NCBI GenBank assembly: GCA_041592495.1
Contig: JBFHPZ010000001.1
Span: forward strand, 1 to 57,515
Length of the DNA: 57,515 nt
Source of the DNA: Gammaproteobacteria bacterium
Lineage (GTDB): Bacteria > Pseudomonadota > Gammaproteobacteria > SZUA-229
Direction of reading: 5' to 3'
Positions 1 to 7,987 of the stretch are shown here, piece by piece. The notes beneath the pieces were generated by a model. The model did no database searches and had not been told where the DNA came from. It worked only from the letters and a program-made list of their open reading frames with translations. Position 1 is the first letter of the stretch. Each line of letters starts with the position of its first letter. Made by a program: the position numbers and the translations under genes.

Positions 1-123
1 AGAGCGGAGATTTTCAATTACATCGAGCTTTTCTACAATCCAACCCGGCGGCATGGCAACAACGATGGCCTGTCGCCGATGGAGTACGAAAAACGGTATT
101 ACGAGAAGCTATCAACTGTCTAG
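1..123 (+). mobile_element. IS3-family transposase (OrfB) C-terminal end; 5' part lies outside the window
   Basis: Frame 1 reads RAEIFNYIELFYNPTRRHGNNDGLSPMEYEKRYYEKLSTV* with stop TAG at 121-123. The FYN-x-x-RRH...LSP-x-E-Y/F-E tail is typical of rve/DDE IS3-family transposases. It is absent from the ORF track because it has no start in the window. Confidence 0.7.
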
Positions 124-252
124 GAAACTAGGGGCACACCAGGCGACCCTATTGCTAATTGAGAGAATGGTCGATTACCACGACCTGTCGGATTGTCTGA
201 GAGTTATCCTCAAACCGGATAATGTCATTCCATTTCCACATTAATTAGGTTT

Positions 253-301
253 GGTTGACGGTGCTGGTATTAGTTTGTTTACCATCACTGTCAACCTTTT
301 T
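253..301 (+). terminator. Putative rho-independent terminator just downstream of the IS end
   Basis: Imperfect 17-bp inverted repeat ggttgacggtgctggta / taccatcactgtcaacc (2 mismatches, 10-nt loop), followed directly by TTTTT at 297-301. Confidence 0.5.
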
Positions 302-375
302 ATTAGCCGGTTTAGCTAACCTGCGCCTCTAAATCACTCACGAGAATTCAAAATAGGCCACTCAATCAGACGTCA

Positions 376-714
376 TTAGAGGTCATGAAACTTAATACGA
401 CCTGGCATTGCACTAGCTGAAGGAAATCGCTCACCTGCCTCAAATTCAACGCCGTTAAAGGTAAATGGCTCGATTACTTTGTCACCATTCCTCACACCAG
501 GTATAAATGGAGGAGCTATAACCTTATCCTGGAGCATCCTATCTCTTAGTTTTAGAAACTCAGGATGGTCCTCCCAGCTAATAGCGATTAATGGTTTCCC
601 TTTAGAAAGGGCGATATCTGAACCGTCCTCGAAAGGGATGTCTTCACTGATATGTAATGGTCTCTCGCGCTTTACAGTGCACAGATAGTCGGGATTTATA
701 TGGTAGTTTTTCAT
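376..714 (-). CDS. Hypothetical protein (112 aa), no recognisable family
   Basis: ATG start at 714 with AAGG about 8 nt upstream. The ORF is intact but I see no motif I can name. Confidence 0.45.
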   Translation of the reverse strand: MKNYHINPDYLCTVKRERPLHISEDIPFEDGSDIALSKGKPLIAISWEDHPEFLKLRDRMLQDKVIAPPFIPGVRNGDKVIEPFTFNGVEFEAGERFPSASAMPGRIKFHDL

Positions 715-902
715 AACAGTAGCCTTCAGTTTCCTAAAAGGGTTTTGTTAAGTTAATCGAAGCAAGTTATTGACTAATTGGTTGTTTTCATTGGCTCAGT
801 CTACTTATAATTCTATAGTCTAAGTATCAGATATCCAATGAAATTTTTGTAATTGTAGTCAACACAGGGGATCTATAGCCTCCCCTACGGGACGCCATAT
901 TC

Positions 903-934
903 AAGCCTGATCTTTGATCAGGCTTTTTTATTTT
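903..934 (+). terminator. Strong intrinsic terminator, + strand polarity
   Basis: Perfect 10-bp stem aagcctgatc / gatcaggctt with a 3-nt loop, then TTTTATTTT. The U-tract exists only on the + strand, although both neighbouring CDSs are on the - strand. Confidence 0.7.
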
Positions 935-952
935 CAGTTTTTACGTGCTCGG

Positions 953-1681
953 TTAATGTACCGCGTTGGCTGGCCATTTCTCGGCATAGCGATCCATGAC
1001 TTCCTTAACCTCATCGGGCACATTCTGCATGATCATCTGCCGTTTGCCGTCGGCGATAAAGCCGGGCATGTCATAGGGGAGGCGTCGACCCAGGGCATCG
1101 AAGGTCTGTTCCATCAGTTGCGGGTCCAGCGAACGCGTTGCGGTAATTCCGGCGTTAAGATTGAGCACGCGCCAGGGACGCCAGGGGCTGCTTCTGTCTT
1201 GATCCATGGCTTTACTTTCTGAAACGGCTTCGATGACTTCTCCCATCTGGTGGCAGATTGTCGCCAGCTCTTTTTGATCATTGAGACCATTGGCGATGTA
1301 AGCAAAACCATCGGCAATGCCTTCAAGATTTTCCAGGGTTGCATTTTGGCGGGCTAGCCAAAGCCCGATGGAGGCATAGACCCGCGCCAGGTTTTCACGC
1401 TGATCCATGATATCCAGTCGGCGGACCATTTGTGCCAGGCCATCGAGAAGATGCAGCCCATAATCGGTGAATTCGTTTATCTGTTCGCTATCGAGTGCTT
1501 GCTGGCCAGATTCGAGAACGCTGCTGATCTGAAAAAAATCAGACAGGGCAGCGGCGAGTCCAATGGGGCCGGAATCAACGTCTTCGAAGACTTTTACCTG
1601 GTCGTTTTTGGCAATCACTGTCTGCATGATTTTCAGGGTGAGTTCGGAAATGGCATCGATGTCTGAAATTAGGGTGCTCAT
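953..1681 (-). CDS. Conserved-looking hypothetical protein, acidic and helical
   Basis: The track ORF 953..1759 starts at a TTG. The first ATG (MSTLISDIDAI...) is at 1681. No signal peptide or named motif recognised. Confidence 0.5.
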   Translation of the reverse strand: MSTLISDIDAISELTLKIMQTVIAKNDQVKVFEDVDSGPIGLAAALSDFFQISSVLESGQQALDSEQINEFTDYGLHLLDGLAQMVRRLDIMDQRENLARVYASIGLWLARQNATLENLEGIADGFAYIANGLNDQKELATICHQMGEVIEAVSESKAMDQDRSSPWRPWRVLNLNAGITATRSLDPQLMEQTFDALGRRLPYDMPGFIADGKRQMIMQNVPDEVKEVMDRYAEKWPANAVH

Positions 1682-1852
1682 GCTAAGGCTTGTTCTGCTA
1701 GGAAGGTGGACTCGATTGTATTGCCAGCCTTTGTCATGAATCAAGTTCACATTTTGCAATGTTTACAGAAAATGTCAGCGGAATATGCAATGTTTATTCA
1801 CATCGAGTGATGTAGTGTGCTTGTTGAGAACACAATTACATGGAGAACCCTG

Positions 1853-2131
1853 ATGAAAAAGCTACACACTTTTGTTATTCCCTGTTTACTTGTTTCTGGA
1901 GCCGCGCTTGCTGACCACAACAGCATCTGGGGCGAAGGATGGGCGAATATGCCAAATGATATGCATAACCTGCGTATCGAAACCCTCGGCGATAACGATG
2001 CCTTCCTGGATTCAATGGAAGCCGGTTCTATGGCGAGCGAGGACCTGCTGTCGACTCTCGATATTGAAACGAGCAGGGGTGTTGGTGGTGGTGCAGGCGC
2101 CATGATCCGTGGTGCGGGACGTACCCGTTAA
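1853..2131 (+). CDS. Small secreted protein (92 aa) with N-terminal signal peptide
   Basis: ATG at 1853 is preceded by GGAG. The N-terminus MKKLHTFVIPCLLVSGAALA|DH looks like a Sec signal. The C-terminus is Gly-rich. Confidence 0.5.
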   Translation: MKKLHTFVIPCLLVSGAALADHNSIWGEGWANMPNDMHNLRIETLGDNDAFLDSMEAGSMASEDLLSTLDIETSRGVGGGAGAMIRGAGRTR

Positions 2132-2143
2132 ACCTGAAGTTTG

Positions 2144-2166
2144 GCCCTCTCCTTAACGGAGAGGGC
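2144..2166. terminator. Hairpin between convergent genes (possible bidirectional terminator)
   Basis: gccctctcc-ttaac-ggagagggc, a 9-bp perfect stem. It sits between the stop of 1853..2131 (+) and the stop of rlmA (-). The U-tracts are weak. Confidence 0.45.
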
Positions 2167-3017
2167 TAATTCACATTTTTATAAACTCTTATCGCGAAAT
2201 CCACCCTGGTGGTCAATTGCTCAAGAGAAAAAATCTTTTCCTGCTTGTCCTGGTCGGCCTGCCAGTAGTAAGGGGTCATGCTGAACAGATTGGCAATATC
2301 CTGTGAGTCATCAAGTTGAAGTTCGAACTTGAGATGACTGGTTTCCAGTAATCGCAGTCCAGATAGGGTATCTTGCTGGTAACCGTGCTTTTCAGGTTCA
2401 TCGTAAACCAGGCCGCGTAGTTCAAACAGGTGATCGGGGCCAGGTGTCACCGTAATGTAAATAGCATCCGGCTTCAGACAACGCTCAACTTCACTTATCG
2501 TTCCCGGTGCGAATATACGCAGCATGATGTCGATGCTGTTGTCCGCCATAGGAATCCTGGCGGTACTGGCCACGGCAAAATGAATCCTGGGGTAGGCTTT
2601 TGCCGCCATGCGAATGGCTTCTTTCGAGATGTCGATCCCACCAAACCAGGATAGCCGGGATTTCAGTGCTGAGGCCAGGAAATGACTGTAATATCCTTCG
2701 CCACAACCGGTGTCCAGTATGGCAAGCTTGTCCGTTGTGGGAGCATGCTCCTGGCAAATGTGAGCGAGTTGTGTTGCAAGCTTCCCGTAGTGTCCCTTAT
2801 TTAGAAAGTCGCGCCGATGACGTAACATAGCCTTGTTATCGCCGGGGTGCGTGCTGCGCTTCTGGTTGGGAAGGAGAAGATTGATATAGCCTTCTTTCGC
2901 CGGGTCGAAACTGTGCCCGAGAGAACACTGGTACGTCTCATTTAACAGCAGCGGTCCGCCGCAAACAGGGCACCGCCATATATTTGAAAAAAGAACTTGG
3001 CTGTCTGGCATAGGCAT
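2166..3017 (-). CDS. rlmA: 23S rRNA (guanine-N1)-methyltransferase RlmA-like
   Basis: N-terminal Zn-ribbon CPVCGGPL...YQCSLGHSFDPAKEGYINLL, then PGDNKAMLRHRRDFL and the SAM motif LDTGCGEGYY. This is the typical RlmA/RrmA layout. The start is taken at ATG 3017 (MPMPDS); the track start 3053 would overlap the next gene. Confidence 0.8.
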   Translation of the reverse strand: MPMPDSQVLFSNIWRCPVCGGPLLLNETYQCSLGHSFDPAKEGYINLLLPNQKRSTHPGDNKAMLRHRRDFLNKGHYGKLATQLAHICQEHAPTTDKLAILDTGCGEGYYSHFLASALKSRLSWFGGIDISKEAIRMAAKAYPRIHFAVASTARIPMADNSIDIMLRIFAPGTISEVERCLKPDAIYITVTPGPDHLFELRGLVYDEPEKHGYQQDTLSGLRLLETSHLKFELQLDDSQDIANLFSMTPYYWQADQDKQEKIFSLEQLTTRVDFAIRVYKNVN

Positions 3018-3897
3018 GAAGTATAACAAATTTAATTTGCTGCTCGTTCTCATTCTGCTGTTATCGATTGCAGGTGCGACGCTGTTGCAAATTCCCTCGC
3101 ATACAATGCTCGCACAAAACCTGCAGAACCTTCTTCACATCCCGTTGTTCGCCGTGCTGAGCCTGGTATTTATCAGGTTATTCTCGGGAGTTTTTCAGAA
3201 GCCACTGGCTCTGTACCTGACAGTAGTTATTATCGCCCTGCTTGCGGGAGCCCTGATTGAGGTTTTGCAGGGCTTTACCGGCCGGCCTTTTAGTGGGACA
3301 GACATCATCAGGGACATGATAGGGACCGGAATCGGGATTGTCGTACATGCCTGGCTGGTTAAGCGCCTGACCTGGCCAGCGGTGATGATAATAATTCTGG
3401 CTTTGATGGCGAAAGACAGTTATCAGTTTGCGCTTATGCTACAGCACTATCATGCCCGCAATGCGGCATTTCCGTTATTACTGGATCTTAACGCGGCCTG
3501 GTCGGCGACATTTAGCGGCTTGAGGCTTGCCGAGAGAAACAGGGACCTGGTTATCTATAAAGCGGGCGCCTATCCTGGGTTGTCGGTACTGGAGCCTTAC
3601 CCGGATTGGCGCGGCTATCGTGCGCTGGTTTTCGTGGTTGAGAACCTTGAAGAAAGCCCTGTTCAACTGGTCCTCAGAGTTCATGATGCGGACCATAATT
3701 TCCAGCACGCGGATCGATTTAACAAGGCATTCAGGCTGTCGCCTGGAATCAATGCCTACCGAATTCCACTGAAGGCGATCGCGTCTTCGCCACAACAGCG
3801 GGTGCTGGATCTCTCGCGGGTAGGGGAGATTATCTTTTTTATCCCCAAGGTTTCTTCCGATACGCGTCTAAGATTCGATCATATTGGTCTTGAGTAA
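3016..3897 (+). CDS. VanZ-like membrane protein with a C-terminal soluble domain
   Basis: Four predicted TM helices with the VanZ-like signature HIPLFAVLSL...IEVLQGFTGRPFSGTDIIRDMIGTGIG. About 150 aa of non-membrane C-terminal region follows. Confidence 0.6.
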   Translation: MKYNKFNLLLVLILLLSIAGATLLQIPSHTMLAQNLQNLLHIPLFAVLSLVFIRLFSGVFQKPLALYLTVVIIALLAGALIEVLQGFTGRPFSGTDIIRDMIGTGIGIVVHAWLVKRLTWPAVMIIILALMAKDSYQFALMLQHYHARNAAFPLLLDLNAAWSATFSGLRLAERNRDLVIYKAGAYPGLSVLEPYPDWRGYRALVFVVENLEESPVQLVLRVHDADHNFQHADRFNKAFRLSPGINAYRIPLKAIASSPQQRVLDLSRVGEIIFFIPKVSSDTRLRFDHIGLE

Positions 3898-3906
3898 CAA
3901 TAACCG

Positions 3907-5934
3907 TTAATTGATCGTCTTGGAGCCGCTGGTTGAATAGTCACTTTCCATTCCGTCGACATCCAATGTGGTTACAACGAAGTGATAGGTGGCTGGAGTC
4001 AGGCCTGAGATGGTGTGCTCGGTCGCGGCACTGTTGTTCACCTGAACAGACTGGGTGTAGTTGCCAGCGCTGGTGCCATAATAAATCCGGTAACCGGAGA
4101 TTTCACTCAGCGACAAGGGAGAGCCGTCTTCACGGGTTGAAGGCGCAACCCAGGATACAGTCGCTTCGCCAGTCGAAACCACTACCGCGGAAACATTGAC
4201 GCTGAAAGAGCTCAGGCTGACGCTGGTAGTGCCGTCGTTGACGCTGATAACGATATTGCTGAAAGTGCCGGCATCGCCATTGTCCGGTGTGCCTGACAGG
4301 CGGCCGGTGCTGGTGTTGAAGCTGGCCCAGGCGGGTTTGTTACTGATTGAGAAGCTCAGGCTGTCGCCATCCACGTCAGATGCGGATGGTGTGAAGCTGT
4401 AGCTATTTCCGGCAGTAACGGACGTAGCCGGAGAGCCGCTGATCACGGGTGCATCGTTGGTATTGGTTACGGTGATGCTAAATGGGCCCAACACGTCGGT
4501 GTCTGCACCATCGCTCACGGTGATACGGATGTTGCTGTAGCTGCCAACATCGCCGTTACGAGGTGTGCCGTTCAGGCGGCCGGTGCTGCTGTTGAAACTG
4601 GCCCAGCTGGGTTTATTGCTGATCGCGAAGCTCAGGCTGTCACCGTCGACATCGGATGCGCTGGGTGTGAAGCTGTAGCTGCTGTCTTCCGCCACGGTGC
4701 TGGCCGGGTTGCCGCCGATGACCGGTGCATTATTGCCTGGTGCTGGCGGAGGCGCAGAGTCAGCCACTGTGCGTGCGTTAACCGCAACAACGTCGTTACT
4801 GGTAGCGGTAACGATGTTATTGACCGCGCTGTTCAATACGGTGGCATCGGATGCCGGAATGAAGCTGGCCACGGTGCTGGCGCTGCTATTCGGCGTGATG
4901 GAGTCTACATCATTGGCCAGACTGGTAATTGCCGCGCTGTCGTCGAATGCCATTACGGCATCGAGCATTGCTGCCGTGTGAGTAATCATTTCGTTATTGA
5001 TGGTTACATTCAGGGTCATGCTGGAGCTGGGTGAGCCCGGCAGGACGGTGCTGATGGCAGTATCCATGGCGGCGGTTGCGAGCGCGCCATTGACACGCAG
5101 ACTGTTACTCAGGGATTCGACCAGTACCTGCGCGGCGTTGACGGCAGCAACAGCCGAGGTGCGTGGGTCGACACTATTACCGCCCTGGCCGTCGAGGGTG
5201 CCGTCGACCAGGTCTTCCGCCAGGCGATCGATGATATCGTCACCATCGACAGTCTGCCCAATCGAGATCATGCCATCGCGAGTACGACGAATCATTTCGC
5301 CGAATGCTTCCGATGACTTCACCATGGTGCCAACGTTTGAGGTGTCGATTGATTCAGAAATGGGGTCGGCCACTTTCGCCGGGTTAAGGCCGAAGTTCAT
5401 CTCGCGCAAGACGATAGTGCTTGCCGCGGCAATATTGGCGGCAGTGATGCCGCCCTGCATGCGTTCGGCTACTTCCACGATCATGGTGGAGAAGGGATTC
5501 AGGTTGGTAGTGTCCTGGCTCTGGTTCAGTGAAACAGAACGCAAGGTGAAATCCGGTGTGGCATTTGTCACCAGGTCTGTGCCGTTCTGGGCCTCAATAG
5601 TGATCGGGAAAGCACTGCTTGGTGCGGTGAAATTCTTGCTGAAATTGGCAAATGAGTCGCTGTTCTCAACCGCCAGCAGATCTCCGGAACGGTCAAAGAA
5701 AAAAATGTCGGCATTGATAATCGGGCCGTCACCCACGCTGCCCTGCAGGGATACGTTGACCTGGTCTCCGCCGGATACCGAACCATTATCGCTTGAAAGG
5801 GCGCCACTGCCTGAGCTGATGGAGGAAGATGAACTGGAGCCACCACCGCCACCGCAGGCGACCAGTTGGGCCAGCAGAATGGCCAGTGAAATCCTTTTCA
5901 GGTTGGAGCGATGTGTGGCGGCAATGTTGAACAT
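3907..5934 (-). CDS. Large surface lipoprotein with two cadherin-like/He_PIG-type Ig repeats and a C-terminal fibronectin type III domain
   Basis: ATG at 5934 is preceded by GAGGAA. Lipobox LAQLVA|CGGGGGSSSS. There are two 92-aa repeats (APVIxGxPA...YSFTPSASDVDGDSLSFxISNKPxWASFNxSTGRLxGTP). The C-terminal FN3-like segment reads TVSWVAPSTREDGSPL...ISGYRIYYG. Confidence 0.8.
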   Translation of the reverse strand: MFNIAATHRSNLKRISLAILLAQLVACGGGGGSSSSSSISSGSGALSSDNGSVSGGDQVNVSLQGSVGDGPIINADIFFFDRSGDLLAVENSDSFANFSKNFTAPSSAFPITIEAQNGTDLVTNATPDFTLRSVSLNQSQDTTNLNPFSTMIVEVAERMQGGITAANIAAASTIVLREMNFGLNPAKVADPISESIDTSNVGTMVKSSEAFGEMIRRTRDGMISIGQTVDGDDIIDRLAEDLVDGTLDGQGGNSVDPRTSAVAAVNAAQVLVESLSNSLRVNGALATAAMDTAISTVLPGSPSSSMTLNVTINNEMITHTAAMLDAVMAFDDSAAITSLANDVDSITPNSSASTVASFIPASDATVLNSAVNNIVTATSNDVVAVNARTVADSAPPPAPGNNAPVIGGNPASTVAEDSSYSFTPSASDVDGDSLSFAISNKPSWASFNSSTGRLNGTPRNGDVGSYSNIRITVSDGADTDVLGPFSITVTNTNDAPVISGSPATSVTAGNSYSFTPSASDVDGDSLSFSISNKPAWASFNTSTGRLSGTPDNGDAGTFSNIVISVNDGTTSVSLSSFSVNVSAVVVSTGEATVSWVAPSTREDGSPLSLSEISGYRIYYGTSAGNYTQSVQVNNSAATEHTISGLTPATYHFVVTTLDVDGMESDYSTSGSKTIN
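4196..4747 (-). repeat. Two tandem 276-bp coding repeats (Ig-like domains) inside the lipoprotein gene
   Basis: gaagctcaggctgtc...ggtgtgaagctgtagct recurs at 4351 and 4627, giving a period of 276 bp (92 aa). Confidence 0.8.
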
Positions 5935-6380
5935 CTGGGGTTCCTCGGTTTTCCTTGCGGACACCCAGTTGTTCGGAAATTGGCGGGATTTTCTTCGTGT
6001 GACTGTTCTCAATCATGCTGAGACTTCCGTCACAATTCGGTGAGAAGGCGCTGAATGTGTGAACCGGTTCACAAGTTTGAAAATCAGTGCCCATTCTGTC
6101 TTCCATTCGTCACAAAGCCACTATATATTGATGCCCATGTGATAAGGGGCACAACATCTTGTGTTCAGTAGCCTCCTTTTGAGCTGAAAATCTGCTTGAA
6201 GCTGGTTTTGTAACTTATTGATATTTATGTCTATCAGAAGCTGCTGATCCAGTAAATCCTGCTCAAGCAGCCTCCTGTTGAGTCGATAATCTGACAGGTG
6301 GTATTCAGCTCAGGACGAGGGTTGATTATCAAACGAGTTCCAGAAGGTTTCGATGAAGCCAGACAAGGATGATGTTGATT

Positions 6381-6821
6381 ATGCGGTTCAAGGACAGACA
6401 CAAACGTCTCTCTAAAATACTTTTTACAATTTTACTTCCCCTGCTACTGACTGCTTGTGGCGGAGGTGGGGGCGGCGGCGATACAACCAGCAGTTCCTCG
6501 AATAGAGTAACCCCCGCTGGATCCCAGACTTCAAACAATTCTCCCCAGCAAGGCAATCTGGAAGATGTGACCCTAAGCTGGGTAGCACCGGCGTCACGGG
6601 AAAACGGTGAGCCCATTGCGATGTCCGAGATCTCCGGTTACCGGATTTACTACAACCAGGAGCCGAGTGGCTCGCTGAAGTCGGTAACAATCAAGGGGGC
6701 TTACAATACGCGGGTAACAATTGATGGCTTATCCAGCGGCACCTATCGCATCAGGATGACCACACTGGATACAAAGGGACTGGAGAGTGGGTATTCTTCT
6801 TCGGTTCGTTTTACGATTTAG
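6381..6821 (+). CDS. Small lipoprotein consisting of a Gly/Ser linker plus one fibronectin type III domain
   Basis: Lipobox LLLTA|CGGGGGGG. The FN3 segment VTLSWVAPASRENGEPIAMSEISGYRIYYN...TTLDTKGLESGYSS is paralogous to the C-terminus of 3907..5934. Alternative ATGs lie at 6369 and 6372. Confidence 0.75.
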   Translation: MRFKDRHKRLSKILFTILLPLLLTACGGGGGGGDTTSSSSNRVTPAGSQTSNNSPQQGNLEDVTLSWVAPASRENGEPIAMSEISGYRIYYNQEPSGSLKSVTIKGAYNTRVTIDGLSSGTYRIRMTTLDTKGLESGYSSSVRFTI

Positions 6822-6839
6822 CGCAAAGACACAGAATTG

Positions 6840-6865
6840 AAAAAGGGGGCCTGGCCCCCTTTTTT
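6840..6865. terminator. Bidirectional intrinsic terminator
   Basis: AAAAA-gggggcc-t-ggccccc-TTTTTT: a GC-rich stem flanked by an A-tract and a T-tract, between convergent genes. Confidence 0.8.
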
Positions 6866-6888
6866 CGTTGGGTTATTTCACCTTTGGT

Positions 6889-7668
6889 TTATTTCACCTT
6901 GCGGCGAGTAAGCCCGATGCCAAGCATGCCAAGTCCGAGTAAAGCCAGGATGCTGGGTTCGGGAACCTCATATGCCCCTTCAATAGTATCGTTACCGCAG
7001 GTCATTCCCCAGTGCAGTGCGATCTGATCGCTGGATAACAAGCTGGTTCCAGCAAGGTCAATGACAAAGCGCAAACTGTTGTCGTCGTAATTGCCATAAC
7101 GGCCGTAATCGATAGACCATGTGCCTTGGCTAATAGCGGTCTGGTTTTCTTCTTTAACGGAAATTTCCTGACCATTACGGTAAGTAACGCGAGGCTTGAA
7201 GAAACTGTCACTCATGAGTGCGTTGTCGGCATTGGTTGCACCGTTCAATTGATACAGTGTGCCTGTTCCACCATTTCCCCACTGGTTGTCCAGGGCGAAT
7301 GCATAAGTCCAGAGTGTGCCAGTGACGTTGTCGTCCTGGTAATAAGGAGCGTCACCATAGGGATTCCAGCTGCTGCTCAGGAAAAGATCGCCATATCCAA
7401 TTCCTTTGCCATTCTTAGTAGCCGAAGCGAATTCGCCATCGTCACCTCGGCCTGCAAAGTTGGTGTTGATGTTGACGTGTAAAGAAGTTCCAATCAGTCC
7501 AACATCCATGCTGAAAACCTGGAACTTATAGGTGCTGCCAATGACATCACCGTACCCATGATTTTCTGAGCCGATATAGGTATCGGCAATGGTTTGCATG
7601 CCGGCCTGGGTAGTAAAAGCGGCCGTGGATGCCGCAGCCAGAACAGCTAAAGATAGAATGTGTCGCAT
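6889..7668 (-). CDS. PEP-CTERM sorting-domain protein (predicted exosortase substrate)
   Basis: Signal peptide MRHILSLAVLAAASTAAFTTQA. The C-terminus is VPEPSILALLGLGMLGIGLTRRKVK*, i.e. a PEP motif, a hydrophobic helix and a basic tail. The track start 7677 is a GTG; ATG 7668 has AGGTG 6 nt upstream. Confidence 0.85.
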   Translation of the reverse strand: MRHILSLAVLAAASTAAFTTQAGMQTIADTYIGSENHGYGDVIGSTYKFQVFSMDVGLIGTSLHVNINTNFAGRGDDGEFASATKNGKGIGYGDLFLSSSWNPYGDAPYYQDDNVTGTLWTYAFALDNQWGNGGTGTLYQLNGATNADNALMSDSFFKPRVTYRNGQEISVKEENQTAISQGTWSIDYGRYGNYDDNSLRFVIDLAGTSLLSSDQIALHWGMTCGNDTIEGAYEVPEPSILALLGLGMLGIGLTRRKVK

Positions 7669-7706
7669 TGAATTCACCTAAATTTATGTACAACTTGTAA
7701 GTGTAT

Positions 7707-7723
7707 TTGCATTAGATGTGCCA
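7707..7723 (-). promoter_or_regulatory. Candidate sigma54 (-24/-12) promoter of the PEP-CTERM protein gene
   Basis: The minus strand reads TGGCAC-atcta-ATGCA, matching the consensus TGGCAC-N5-TTGCA with GG and GC at exact spacing. It lies about 40-55 nt upstream of the start codon and next to the sigma54-dependent regulator gene prsR. Confidence 0.55.
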
Positions 7724-7787
7724 ATTTCATGACGTTATTTAAAATCAAATAGTTACATGTGGTAGGCGATTTCCAGGTCTTTAATAT

Positions 7788-7804
7788 TGTAAAAAATCAT
7801 GACA
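7788..7804. promoter_or_regulatory. TGT-N11-ACA element (candidate enhancer-binding-protein site), about 100 bp upstream of the inferred sigma54 start
   Basis: tgtaaaaaatcatgaca. Its first 10 nt are identical to the element at 7988-8004. This is motif-level evidence only, in an AT-rich spacer. Confidence 0.2.
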
Positions 7805-7987
7805 ACAGCTGAATGGCTTATTACGAAAATATATTTAAATTACAGTTATTTAAGTAAAGAACGATATATTTACATAGGAATTAGCACTGTTATATTTGTA
7901 AATAAATCATGCCACATCAATAGTTATTTGATTTTATTGATAATTTTAGAAAATTACGTTTTCATAAAGTTTATACAAGAAAGTTAA

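Noticed and set aside
53-244. 63-aa + strand ORF overlapping the transposase tail
   Set aside because: It starts inside the IS3 transposase reading frame in another frame and runs across the probable IS end. It has no RBS or recognisable motif and is likely spurious.
4997-6043. 348-aa + strand ORF, plus the smaller + strand ORFs at 3933..4199, 4196..4402 and 4697..4981
   Set aside because: These are antisense to the well-supported lipoprotein gene 3907..5934, which has a lipobox, domain repeats and an RBS. Their low-complexity Ala/Ser/Arg-rich translation is typical of the reverse frame of a GC-rich repetitive gene.
6075-6097. Sigma54-like element GGGCAC-tgatt-TTCA (minus strand) upstream of the large lipoprotein gene
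   Set aside because: The -12 element lacks the invariant GC (it reads TTCA, not TTGC). It cannot be distinguished from chance.
6871-6900. Tandem near-duplication ggttatttcaccttt / ggtttatttcacctt spanning the stop codon of the PEP-CTERM gene
   Set aside because: It is real in the sequence (14/15 identity), but it is short and lies mostly outside the CDS. It is probably a replication-slippage scar with no obvious function.
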